A DNA stretch of 64,000 nt from Minisyncoccia bacterium (lineage in GTDB: Bacteria; Patescibacteriota; Minisyncoccia; UBA6257; 2-01-FULL-56-20), in assembly GCA_049997875.1 (NCBI GenBank), contig JBEKRC010000001.1:108609-172608 (forward strand), read 5' to 3'. Each line of letters starts with the position of its first letter. Within the stretch, counting starts at the first letter, position 1. Both the position numbers and the translations under genes were made by a program. Positions 35,556 to 44,376 of this stretch are shown here, one piece after another. The notes under the pieces were generated by a model. That model did not search any database. It saw only the letters and a list, made by a program, of their open reading frames with translations, and was not told the origin of the DNA.

Positions 35556-38183
35556 ATGAAAAAGGAAACCTCTGTGCGGAAAAACTTGCTAAGAATTGTC
35601 GCTGTCTCGTCCCTATTGATCCTTTTTGCATCCCTCGTGCCGATCCATCTCGCGCGCGCCAATTGGCTCACGGAAGGCCTCGGTCAAATCATAGACTTCA
35701 CCTACACGGTCATTGGGAAGATTGTTTTTATAATTGGCTTCTTGTTTGCCTTCATTGTTGGCATAGTCATAGCCATTGAGGCATGGATTGTCGGAGTCAT
35801 CCTCAACATGAACAATGGCGTCTTTGATGCGGCGGTGGTACAAACCGGCTTCCAGGTCAGTCTCTCTATCGCCAACATGGGGTTCGTGCTGGGAATCATC
35901 ATCATCGCAATCGCGACCATATTAAAAAGGGAAACCTACGGCATAAAGCAACTGCTGTGGAAACTGGTGGTCGCGGCAATCCTCGTGAACTTCAGCTTAG
36001 TCATCATGGCCCCCATTTTTGGATTCGCTAACAACCTCACGTTATATTTCCTAAACTGCGTTAACCCGGGCGGAGGAGGGTGTGGCGGGAATGGAAGCGC
36101 CCTTACGAGTGATGCTGATTTCGCAAAGGCAATCGCAGGCGCATTCAACCCCCAAAAGAGCTTCTTGTCCCTCAACACCCTTAACGCTACTTCAAGTACG
36201 CAAGTCCAGCCCGGGCCGGCCGTTACGGGCTTCTTTGGGACTGTTGGAGGAGATATCAGCAAAATTCTCGTTCCCATCTTCTCGGTCCTCTTCATAGCAG
36301 CCACGCTTGTGGTAATGGCTATTGTGCTCGCCGTTTTTGCATTCATGCTACTTGTTCGTTATGTGTATATCGCGATACTCGCGGTACTTGCGCCGTTCGC
36401 ATGGCTCATGTGGGTTTTCCCCAAAACAAAGCATCTTTGGGACCAGTGGTGGGACACCTTTATTAAATGGACTATGTTCGCGCCCATTGTCGTTTTCTTC
36501 ATGTATCTCGCGGTGGCAACGGCGACCCAGATGAGTTCCGGGAATACCACCGGCACCCAAACTTTCGCGGTCTATACCGCCGCTAACAGCAACACGCTTT
36601 GGGCAACAATTTCCCAATTCTTTGGCAATCTGCTTACCCCCATCATCCAAAACGCCCTAAATGAATTCGTCCTTGTCGGTCTCATGGTTGGCGGCATGAT
36701 CGCGGCGGAGAAGATGAGCATCATGGGCGCGAGCGCCGCGGTAGGTGCGGCGAAGTCGGTGGGCAACGCCGCGAAGGGCTACGTAGGAAAACAAACCAAG
36801 AAGGGTGCGCGGTATACATACCAGCATGCTAGAATCCCATTCACCCAGGTTACTGGCACAAGAGTAAGCGAAGCGTTGCAAAGAAGCAGAATCCCACTCG
36901 TTTCGGCAGCCGGAAGAAAGGTGGCAGGTCTTACGGAAGCAGGAGGGAAAGATCTCGTGGCTAAGGCCGCAAAAGATCTTGATGTGGACGGCATGAGTAA
37001 AGAAAAATTGGTTCGGGCGACAGAAGGAGCGAGAGGAAATGACAACACGCTCGCGCTCATTCAGCGAGCTCAGAAGGAAGGGTGGCTGGGTTCGCTTAGA
37101 AGGGTGGGCGGAGAAAAGGACCTCAGCACCTGGATGCAAAAGAATCAGCAAACCTTTAAGGACTACGATCACGGGAAGCTTCAGGGCGATGTTAACGATT
37201 CTCTTATGTCGAACGAGATCATGAGGAAGATTGCCGCAGCGCAGGGGAAGGCTGAGGGCACCGCGCGAGTGGCCGATACACAGGGAATTCTAGGAACGGC
37301 AGGGGCCGACGTCTCCGCGCGAACATTGCAAGAGACCAGCAATACCTTAGAAAAGGATATAGCAACGGCCAAGGGAAATGCACAGGCTTCTGCCCAGATT
37401 ACCGACGCCCACGGAATTTTGGGAACCATGAATGCCACGGTATCAGCCCAAGAATTGAAAAAGGCGAGCGAGGCTTTCCTGGAAGACATTGGGAAGGTAA
37501 ATCTTAATGCTCTCGACGACAGGGATATAATCAACTTCAGGGGACTGCATATGAGCGTTGCCGGCCTTAAACAGGAAAAGAAGGATGCGCAGGCCGATAT
37601 AGTTATGGCAGATTTGGCGATGGATGGCGCCGCAAGAACCGGGACGATGAACTTCCAAGGAAATAACGTCGCAATAGCAGACGTTGAAAGGAAGGTGGCT
37701 GATGCAAAAACGGCCGCAAACGATGCAATGCGTCATGCCGCAGACACTACAACGGTTGATGGGATGGCGGGCACAGCTGGAGACCTTATGCGCAGAGAAG
37801 CGGAAAAATTCTTCGCTGGTAAAGATAGAGCCAATTTCGCAAGGGCGCATCCCGAGGACATCTTTGGTGGGGTGCCCAAATTCGGCCTTTCCGAGCAGGC
37901 GATTGGCGCCCTGAGCCAGGCGGTTGCGCACGGTATCGCCATAAAAAATCCGCAGCTGACGCCCTCCGTGGTGAGTAAGCTTGACAACAAAGAAGCCCTT
38001 GACCGTTTCGACAACCGCTATAGAGCTGCCATTAATAGTGCCCCAATAAGCCAAGCCGACAAAGATATTTTGCTCAGGCGCCACGAACAGACTATGATTA
38101 GGCGCTACTATGTAGATGTCGGCGGTGGAGGCGGAACGAGCTCTACGCCCGCACCTGCCCCAGGTCCCTCGGGAACACCCTAG
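35556..38183 (+). CDS. VirB6/TrbL-like polytopic membrane protein with a C-terminal hydrophilic repeat-containing extension of about 500 aa
   Basis: The N-terminal 380 aa or so contain about 8 hydrophobic helices, with an architecture like VirB6/TrbL. The C-terminal half is Ala/Gly/Lys/Asp-rich and carries internal 40-aa repeats (...DTQGILGTAGADVSARTLQE... / ...DAHGILGTMNATVSAQELKK...). The call rests on topology and operon context; no diagnostic motif was seen. Confidence 0.5.
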   Translation: MKKETSVRKNLLRIVAVSSLLILFASLVPIHLARANWLTEGLGQIIDFTYTVIGKIVFIIGFLFAFIVGIVIAIEAWIVGVILNMNNGVFDAAVVQTGFQVSLSIANMGFVLGIIIIAIATILKRETYGIKQLLWKLVVAAILVNFSLVIMAPIFGFANNLTLYFLNCVNPGGGGCGGNGSALTSDADFAKAIAGAFNPQKSFLSLNTLNATSSTQVQPGPAVTGFFGTVGGDISKILVPIFSVLFIAATLVVMAIVLAVFAFMLLVRYVYIAILAVLAPFAWLMWVFPKTKHLWDQWWDTFIKWTMFAPIVVFFMYLAVATATQMSSGNTTGTQTFAVYTAANSNTLWATISQFFGNLLTPIIQNALNEFVLVGLMVGGMIAAEKMSIMGASAAVGAAKSVGNAAKGYVGKQTKKGARYTYQHARIPFTQVTGTRVSEALQRSRIPLVSAAGRKVAGLTEAGGKDLVAKAAKDLDVDGMSKEKLVRATEGARGNDNTLALIQRAQKEGWLGSLRRVGGEKDLSTWMQKNQQTFKDYDHGKLQGDVNDSLMSNEIMRKIAAAQGKAEGTARVADTQGILGTAGADVSARTLQETSNTLEKDIATAKGNAQASAQITDAHGILGTMNATVSAQELKKASEAFLEDIGKVNLNALDDRDIINFRGLHMSVAGLKQEKKDAQADIVMADLAMDGAARTGTMNFQGNNVAIADVERKVADAKTAANDAMRHAADTTTVDGMAGTAGDLMRREAEKFFAGKDRANFARAHPEDIFGGVPKFGLSEQAIGALSQAVAHGIAIKNPQLTPSVVSKLDNKEALDRFDNRYRAAINSAPISQADKDILLRRHEQTMIRRYYVDVGGGGGTSSTPAPAPGPSGTP

Positions 38184-38204
38184 CCAGTTCCCTCCACAGA
38201 AACC

Positions 38205-39389
38205 ATGATTACTATCACAACACAACAGGCACGGAACCGATGGGATTATCTTACTGAAGCCCTCCGCTTCGCTCTATTTTCCGATGTGAACGCTGACTTC
38301 ATTATGAAAACCTGCGAGCAGGAACATCTCCCCTTAGAGAAAGGACTGGACGTCCTTGCGATTTCTGGCTATGTGCTTCTTGGTTTCCTTCATCCGGAAG
38401 ACCTCGCCGGCGAACTAAAAGATGAATTGAATCTGGACATCAAGATCTGCACCCCTATCGCGGCCGCGATAAACTCAAGGGTTTTTTCACCTTTGAGGCA
38501 AGACATAGACAAAGTTTACGAACCCCTAAGTAAGTTGGCTGCAGGTCCGAAAATAATCCGAGATGTCGGTCCCGTACCCATGGCGGCGAAACCAGCAGCG
38601 CCCATTGCGCCCGCGCCAAAGGCGGAACCTGTGCCCACACCAAAAATGTCCGACGTAGGATGGTCGCAAGCGATGCCGAAACAGCCGGCGGTGAAATTGG
38701 GCCAAGCCGCAACGCCGCCGCCAGTGGTGCCAAGAGCACCAGCGGCGCCCGCGCCTCTCACCCCAACTACAATACCACCTACGCGGGGACCCATTGGTGA
38801 GTTTGAGCGACTCGCAGTGAAGCGCAGCGAGGGAATTGTGCCTCCTGCTCCACTTTCCGGTACTCCGAAGCCATCTGTTCCGCCCATCCCGCCTGCGCCA
38901 TCACGGCCCGCAACTCCTGTCGCGCCACCTCCGGGACCCGCGCCGTTGATCCTCCATGAAGACACATCAGCCAAGCCGCAACAGCGGGCGCCGGATTTCC
39001 ATTTTGATCTTCCCTCGGAAAAATTTACTGCGCAAAAGGGGTCCGCGTCGTTACCGATAAGGCCAGCAGTGGTTGAATTCGGCAAGGTGCCTCCGCCGCC
39101 CGCACCAAAAACGGTCGTCTCAACGCCGCGCGTTGTCCACTACACGGAATACAAATCTCCTTCGCCAGAAAATCCCACGCCTTCAGGTCCCGCAGCGCAA
39201 AGAAAAATAACCGAGCTTACCGCAACGCCATCGACGCAACCATCAACCTCGTTAAAGACGCCGGTGCTGCCCACGCCGTTGAAGGCGCTTCCCTCCGAAC
39301 CGACTGCGCCGGAGCTCCCCATGCCGCCGAAATTTCCGACCACGCCAACTCCGCCGGTACCACCGCCTCCACCATCAAAAAATAATTGA
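38205..39389 (+). CDS. Proline-rich hypothetical protein (394 aa)
   Basis: An N-terminal region of about 100 aa is followed by an extended Pro/Ala/Thr-rich low-complexity region (PAAPAPLTPTTIPPT...PPVPPPPPSKNN). No signal peptide is evident. Confidence 0.5.
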   Translation: MITITTQQARNRWDYLTEALRFALFSDVNADFIMKTCEQEHLPLEKGLDVLAISGYVLLGFLHPEDLAGELKDELNLDIKICTPIAAAINSRVFSPLRQDIDKVYEPLSKLAAGPKIIRDVGPVPMAAKPAAPIAPAPKAEPVPTPKMSDVGWSQAMPKQPAVKLGQAATPPPVVPRAPAAPAPLTPTTIPPTRGPIGEFERLAVKRSEGIVPPAPLSGTPKPSVPPIPPAPSRPATPVAPPPGPAPLILHEDTSAKPQQRAPDFHFDLPSEKFTAQKGSASLPIRPAVVEFGKVPPPPAPKTVVSTPRVVHYTEYKSPSPENPTPSGPAAQRKITELTATPSTQPSTSLKTPVLPTPLKALPSEPTAPELPMPPKFPTTPTPPVPPPPPSKNN

Positions 39390-39479
39390 CGGGATGGCGG
39401 ACGGCGGACAAAAACGGACGAAGGAATCCTCCGGTTCCTGCCGGGGCTTTGGCGGCAAACTTGGGCTATAATATAGTGA

Positions 39480-40010
39480 ATGCAATTCCAGGTCCCGCAA
39501 TTTATAGATACGGAGGATAAGATCGTGGGGCCCTTGTCGCTCCGGCAATTCATTTACATCGGCATCGGCGCGGGCATCTCCGCCTTGCTTTATTTCATAC
39601 TCCAGACGTGGCTGTGGGCTATTCTTTCATTCTTCCTTGTGGGCGGCGCCATTGCGATCTCATTCGTAAAAATTGAAGGGAGGCCGCTTCCCAAAATCAT
39701 CCTCTCGGCATTCTCCTTCTATTGGAACCCGCAAACGTACGTGTGGCAGCCGGAACATCCGGCGGTCCAAAAGCATAAGACGCCCCCGGAAGCGAAGCCG
39801 ATCAAAAGCAGCGTTCTTGAGAAGATCGCCATGGGCATGGCGCTCCACAAGAGCTGGGAAAAGGTCCAGGTGGGGGTAAAACCGAAGGCAAAGGAGCCCC
39901 AGAAGAAGCCCCAGAAGAAGCTCAAAGAACAAAAAGTGAGCGGCCATTACGAGATCTTCCGAAAGCTCGCCGGCGACCGCGAAGCGGCGCGGAGAGTGGA
40001 CTACCGCTGA
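39480..40010 (+). CDS. PrgI/VirB3-like small membrane protein
   Basis: MQFQVPQFIDTEDKIVGPLSLRQFIYIGIGAGISALLYFIL plus a second TM helix fits the two-helix PrgI/VirB3-like architecture. It sits immediately upstream of the VirB4 homologue. Assignment is by architecture and position. Confidence 0.5.
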   Translation: MQFQVPQFIDTEDKIVGPLSLRQFIYIGIGAGISALLYFILQTWLWAILSFFLVGGAIAISFVKIEGRPLPKIILSAFSFYWNPQTYVWQPEHPAVQKHKTPPEAKPIKSSVLEKIAMGMALHKSWEKVQVGVKPKAKEPQKKPQKKLKEQKVSGHYEIFRKLAGDREAARRVDYR

Positions 40011-40032
40011 TAATGATGAGAAAATACAAACG

Positions 40033-40710
40033 ATGGCGTCAAAACAGGATCTTGGCAATTCCCTTGACCTTGTAAGCATCAAGGAGATCAGGAACAACAC
40101 GGCCATTCTTAAGGACGGCAGTATGCGGCAGGTCGTCCTTGTGGGCGGCGTGAACTTCGCGCTCAAATCGGAATCGGAACAAAATCTCCTCACGGGAGGG
40201 TACCAAAATTTTTTGAATGGCATTGAGTTCCCGCTGCAGATCGTGGTGCACTCGCGGAAGGTGAATATTGACAAATACGTGCAAGGGCTCCTCGCGCGGA
40301 AAGAGGCGGAACAAACCGCGCTGCTCCGGAGCCAGATTGACGAATACGTTGAATTCATAAAGGGATTTGTGGAAAAGAACGCGATTATGGAAAAGACGTT
40401 TCTTGTGGTCGTTCCTTTTTATCCACTGAGCATTGTGTCAACAAAAAAAGCCGTGGGCTTTCTCCCGTTCTTTAAAAAGAAACAGGACAAGGAGACGGAA
40501 ACAAAGGACGCAGCCGAGACCGAGCGCATCTTCCAGGAAAATCTGGCGCAGCTCATCCAGCGCACGAGCCAGATCACAACCGGGCTTCTCGGCATGGGGC
40601 TTGAGGCAACCGTCTTGAACGACGAAGCGCTCGCGGAACTTTTCTACAACTTCTACAATCCGCAGACCATTGAACGAAAGGATATGGCCCTGCCGAAAGA
40701 AGAAAAATGA
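40033..40710 (+). CDS. VirB4-family N-terminal domain (5' part of a split or frameshifted VirB4 gene)
   Basis: The 225-aa product ends 4 nt into the next ORF (ATGA overlap, different frame). The downstream ORF lacks roughly 200 aa N-terminal to its Walker A compared with full-length VirB4/TrbE proteins of about 800 aa. Confidence 0.45.
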   Translation: MASKQDLGNSLDLVSIKEIRNNTAILKDGSMRQVVLVGGVNFALKSESEQNLLTGGYQNFLNGIEFPLQIVVHSRKVNIDKYVQGLLARKEAEQTALLRSQIDEYVEFIKGFVEKNAIMEKTFLVVVPFYPLSIVSTKKAVGFLPFFKKKQDKETETKDAAETERIFQENLAQLIQRTSQITTGLLGMGLEATVLNDEALAELFYNFYNPQTIERKDMALPKEEK

Positions 40711-42446
40711 ACAATATGCCCGAGAATCACAATCAACTCAAAGATATAAAACAAATCATCGCGCCAGCGGGAGCGCAGGTGTTCCCCAACTACCTCAAAA
40801 TCGGCGACAAGGTTGCGAAGACCTTTTTTATACTTTCTTACCCCCGCTACCTTGCGACTGGCTGGTTTGAGCCGCTTATCAACCTCCCCAACCTTTTTGA
40901 CGTTTCCATTTTTGTAAATCCGATTGATACGGGCACGGCGCTCAAAAATCTCCGCAAGAAGGCCGGCCAGCTGGAGTCGCAGCTGAATGACGAGGAGGAC
41001 AAGGGTCTCGTGCGCAATCCGATGCTGGAGACCGCCATCAAAGACGTGGAGGGGTTGCGCGATTCCCTCCAGGAATCGCAGGAGAAACTTTTTGACACCG
41101 GCGTCTACATCACGATCTACGCGGACACCCAGGACGACCTCGTGCGGTTGGAGAGCAAGCTCGTGAGCATGATGGAAGCGAAGCTCATTTATCTGAAACC
41201 GGCGCTTTTTGAACAGCTGGAAGGGCTTTTCTCGGTCCTTCCGCTCAACGAGGACAAATTGCAGATATATACGCCGATGAACACAAGCCCGATTTCCTCT
41301 TTTTTCCCGTTCGTTTCGGAGGACCTCTCCTCAAATCAGGGAATTATGTACGGCATTAATTTGCACAACAGCAACCTCGTGATCTTTGACCGCTTTTCGC
41401 TGGAGAACGCGAACCAAGTGGTGTTCGCAAAATCCGGCTCCGGCAAGTCGTACACTACAAAACTGGAGATCATCCGCTCGCTCATGGCGGGCGTGGACAT
41501 GGTGATCGTGATTGACCCGGAGAACGAATATCAGCGACTCGCCGAAACCTTCGGCGGCAGCATGTTCAACATCTCGCTTTCGGCGCACGAGCACATCAAC
41601 CCGTTTGACCTCCCGCTCGTCCCCGAGGGTGAAACGCCGTCCGACGTCCTCCGGTCGCACATTGTGACGCTCGCGAGTTTGATCAAGCTTATGTTGGGGA
41701 AAATCACCCCCGAAGAGGACGCTATCCTTGACCGCGCGATCACGGAAACCTACGCCTCGCGCGAAATCGTCGTTGGATTGGATTTCGCGGGAAAAGAACC
41801 GCCACTTCTGGGAGACCTCGCCACCGTTCTTCGCAACCTTGAGGGGGGCAGGGGCATGTCGGAGAAACTCTACAAATACACCGAAGGAAGCTTCGCGGGG
41901 CTCCTGAACCAGCCGACCAACATTGACGTCAATAACCGCCTCATCGTCTTCTCCATCCGCGACCTTGAGGAAGAGCTGCGTCCCATCGGGATGTTCGTCG
42001 TCCTCAACTTCATCTGGAGCCTGATCCGCGCGAAACTCGCAAAGCGGCTGCTCTTCATTGACGAGGCGTGGATCATGATGAAGAATGACGACTCGGCCAC
42101 GTTCCTTTTCGGCCTCGTGAAACGCGCACGGAAATATTTTCTCGGCGTTTCCACGATCACGCAGGACGTGGAGGACTTCCTGCGCTCTCCCTACGGGCGT
42201 CCCATCATCACGAATTCATCTCTGCAAATGCTTTTGAAGCAGGCACCGGCGACGATTGACATCGTGGCGAAAGCGTTCGACCTTACGGATGCGGAAAAGA
42301 ACTTCCTTTTGAGCGCGGAGGTGGGTACCGGAATCTTCTTTGCCGGCAAGCGCCATGTCGCGATCCAGATCGTGCCGTCTTATTTTGAAGACCAGATTAT
42401 CACCACGAATCCGGAGCAGCTATTGGAGGAGAAAAAAGACCTGTAA
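40707..42446 (+). CDS. VirB4/TrbE/CagE-family type IV secretion ATPase (C-terminal ATPase part)
   Basis: Walker A VVFAKSGSGKSYTTK, Walker B RLLFIDEAWIMM, and flanking VirB4-like conserved blocks (NSNLVIFDRF; HINPFDL; GVSTITQDVEDF). Confidence 0.8.
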   Translation: MNNMPENHNQLKDIKQIIAPAGAQVFPNYLKIGDKVAKTFFILSYPRYLATGWFEPLINLPNLFDVSIFVNPIDTGTALKNLRKKAGQLESQLNDEEDKGLVRNPMLETAIKDVEGLRDSLQESQEKLFDTGVYITIYADTQDDLVRLESKLVSMMEAKLIYLKPALFEQLEGLFSVLPLNEDKLQIYTPMNTSPISSFFPFVSEDLSSNQGIMYGINLHNSNLVIFDRFSLENANQVVFAKSGSGKSYTTKLEIIRSLMAGVDMVIVIDPENEYQRLAETFGGSMFNISLSAHEHINPFDLPLVPEGETPSDVLRSHIVTLASLIKLMLGKITPEEDAILDRAITETYASREIVVGLDFAGKEPPLLGDLATVLRNLEGGRGMSEKLYKYTEGSFAGLLNQPTNIDVNNRLIVFSIRDLEEELRPIGMFVVLNFIWSLIRAKLAKRLLFIDEAWIMMKNDDSATFLFGLVKRARKYFLGVSTITQDVEDFLRSPYGRPIITNSSLQMLLKQAPATIDIVAKAFDLTDAEKNFLLSAEVGTGIFFAGKRHVAIQIVPSYFEDQIITTNPEQLLEEKKDL

Positions 42447-43318
42447 TGGCCGAGGCGGCGACACAACCAAAATCAGAATCTGCGCCTCCCGCGGGCGGAG
42501 GTGCGGCGCGATCCCAGCCGAAAATCACGCTTACCGAGGGACTTCTCATCGGAGGCGGTCTTACTGTGGTGTGTGTCATCAATCTCATACCGATTGCTGG
42601 TGACATAACGGCGCCCGTCGCCGGCGGATTGATGTTTTTTTACCTTTATATGAAAGGATTAAGGGGAACTAATGTCGTCGCTACCAATATAGTCGGTTAT
42701 GCCGCCGGGATGTTCCCGATTGTCCAGGCACTTCCAACCCCACTCGTTGCCTGGGTTGTCGTGATAATTATTGACCGGATGCCCGTGGTTGAAAAAATCG
42801 CCGAGAAGGCAGAAGTGGTAACGGGAGGAGGCGAGGCGGGTGCCCTCGGCGGAGCCGCAGCGGAGGGTGCGGCAGTAGAAGGTGCAGCGGTTGAGGGAGC
42901 GGCCGCGGGAGGGGCGGCGGGAGCTACCGCCGCTGCAGAAGGAGTGCCAGCCGGAGCCGCAGGTGGCGCGCCCTCGGCGCAAACTGGCATCTCCGAAGGC
43001 GGTGCCACAGGACCACCGCCCGGCACGGAAGGACCCACGACGCCGGAAGCGGGAGGCCCCTCGCCGATAGCCGGCGAAGAAATGCCCCCGGGAGAAGCAG
43101 GAGCAACAGAAGAAGGGGCCGGCAAAGAAGCGGAAGCGGAAAAAGAATATCGAGAAATCGAGGCGGCGGCGGCACCTGCAATGGTCCCACCGGTGGAAGC
43201 GGCTATAAAGGAAGAATTCCCATCGGAGGCGGCGGGGATCCAGGCCCTTACTGAAAAGGCGAAGGAAACACAAGCAACTGAGGATAAGGCAGAGGACGAA
43301 GAAGAACCTGCGAGCTAG
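42446..43318 (+). CDS. Membrane protein with an Ala/Gly/Glu-rich low-complexity C-terminal half
   Basis: 2-3 N-terminal hydrophobic helices, then GGGEAGALGGAAAEGAAVEGAAVEGAAAGGAAGATAAAEG... and an acidic tail. Its start codon overlaps the VirB4 stop. Confidence 0.5.
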   Translation: MAEAATQPKSESAPPAGGGAARSQPKITLTEGLLIGGGLTVVCVINLIPIAGDITAPVAGGLMFFYLYMKGLRGTNVVATNIVGYAAGMFPIVQALPTPLVAWVVVIIIDRMPVVEKIAEKAEVVTGGGEAGALGGAAAEGAAVEGAAVEGAAAGGAAGATAAAEGVPAGAAGGAPSAQTGISEGGATGPPPGTEGPTTPEAGGPSPIAGEEMPPGEAGATEEGAGKEAEAEKEYREIEAAAAPAMVPPVEAAIKEEFPSEAAGIQALTEKAKETQATEDKAEDEEEPAS

Positions 43319-43346
43319 GTCGCATGCCGCGTGTGATACAATATAA

Positions 43347-44048
43347 GTGAAGGCTGCTATGAAAAAAGAATTATTTGGTGTTCTTTGCGTCGCCACGCTT
43401 TTCGCTCTCCTCGGATGGGTCCGCGGGGTAGCGGATGCCCAAACCTCCGGTTCGCAGGTCTTCATCACGTGGCAAGCCGTTGGCAGCTATGTGCCAGCTT
43501 CTTATAAAGACAAAGCTCTGCCGGGACCTACCTCCTTAATCCTCGCGTCCGTTCAGGTCGTTTCACAGGGGAAGCTCGTTGATCTTAAAAACCAGCTTGT
43601 GTACTGGTACCAAGACGGCACTTATTTGAGCGGCGGGACGGGGGCGCAAAGCATCACGTTCACGCCGGGCGTTTCTCCGCCCGACACCACGGAATTGAAA
43701 GTGGAAATCCCGAATTACAGCGGCGGGACGCTCCTGCACGCAGTGGACATCCCCATTGTACAGCCCGTCATTGTAATCAAAACCCCGTATTTGAACAATC
43801 AATTCTCCGATAACCCGCTCACGCTCACGGCGTTGCCATACTTCTTCAATGTGCCTTCTCCTTCAGCACTTGTACTCTCATGGTCGGTAAACGGACAGAC
43901 AGGAGCCAGTGCGGAAAACCCGTACGAAGCGCAAATTACTCTTCCGCAGGGCACTTCCGCGGGGACGACGCTCAGTGTCGCGCTTACCGCACAAAATCCT
44001 CTTGATGCCACCTCGGCAACCGCTTCAAAAGTCCTTACGTATGAATAA
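43347..44048 (+). CDS. Secreted hypothetical protein (signal peptide; 233 aa)
   Basis: MKKELFGVLCVATLFALLGWVRGVADAQ is a signal peptide. The body is Thr/Ser/Gly-rich and beta-rich. Confidence 0.5.
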   Translation: MKAAMKKELFGVLCVATLFALLGWVRGVADAQTSGSQVFITWQAVGSYVPASYKDKALPGPTSLILASVQVVSQGKLVDLKNQLVYWYQDGTYLSGGTGAQSITFTPGVSPPDTTELKVEIPNYSGGTLLHAVDIPIVQPVIVIKTPYLNNQFSDNPLTLTALPYFFNVPSPSALVLSWSVNGQTGASAENPYEAQITLPQGTSAGTTLSVALTAQNPLDATSATASKVLTYE

Positions 44049-44376
44049 AATGAATAGCTTAGCGGTACAATTCACCGTTTCTTCAAATCTCCCGGGTAAC
44101 TATGCCACCTCAACCGGCTTTGGGGGCTTTGTCGCCAATTTCTATTCCCTTGCGCTCCTTTTCGCGGGAATCCTTGCCTTCGGCGCGATCGTCTACGGCG
44201 GCATTAAGTATGCGGTGAGTCGCGGCAACCCCTCGGCCGAGAGCGAGGGAAAAAGCTGGGTCACGAACGCGCTCCTCGGGCTCCTGCTCCTGGCCGGCGC
44301 GTACATCATCCTCTATACCATTAATCCGCAGCTCGTTACCCTTAAAATCGCGACACCGGCACAATCACAACCATGA
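44041..44376 (+). CDS. VirB2/TrbC-like two-helix pilin candidate (111 aa)
   Basis: Starts at ATGAATAAAATGAATAGC. It has two hydrophobic helices (FYSLALLFAGILAFGAIVYGGI and WVTNALLGLLLLAGAYIILYTI) separated by a short polar loop, which is the VirB2-like hairpin topology. The track ORF 43909-44376 is N-terminally over-extended. Confidence 0.45.
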   Translation: MNKMNSLAVQFTVSSNLPGNYATSTGFGGFVANFYSLALLFAGILAFGAIVYGGIKYAVSRGNPSAESEGKSWVTNALLGLLLLAGAYIILYTINPQLVTLKIATPAQSQP

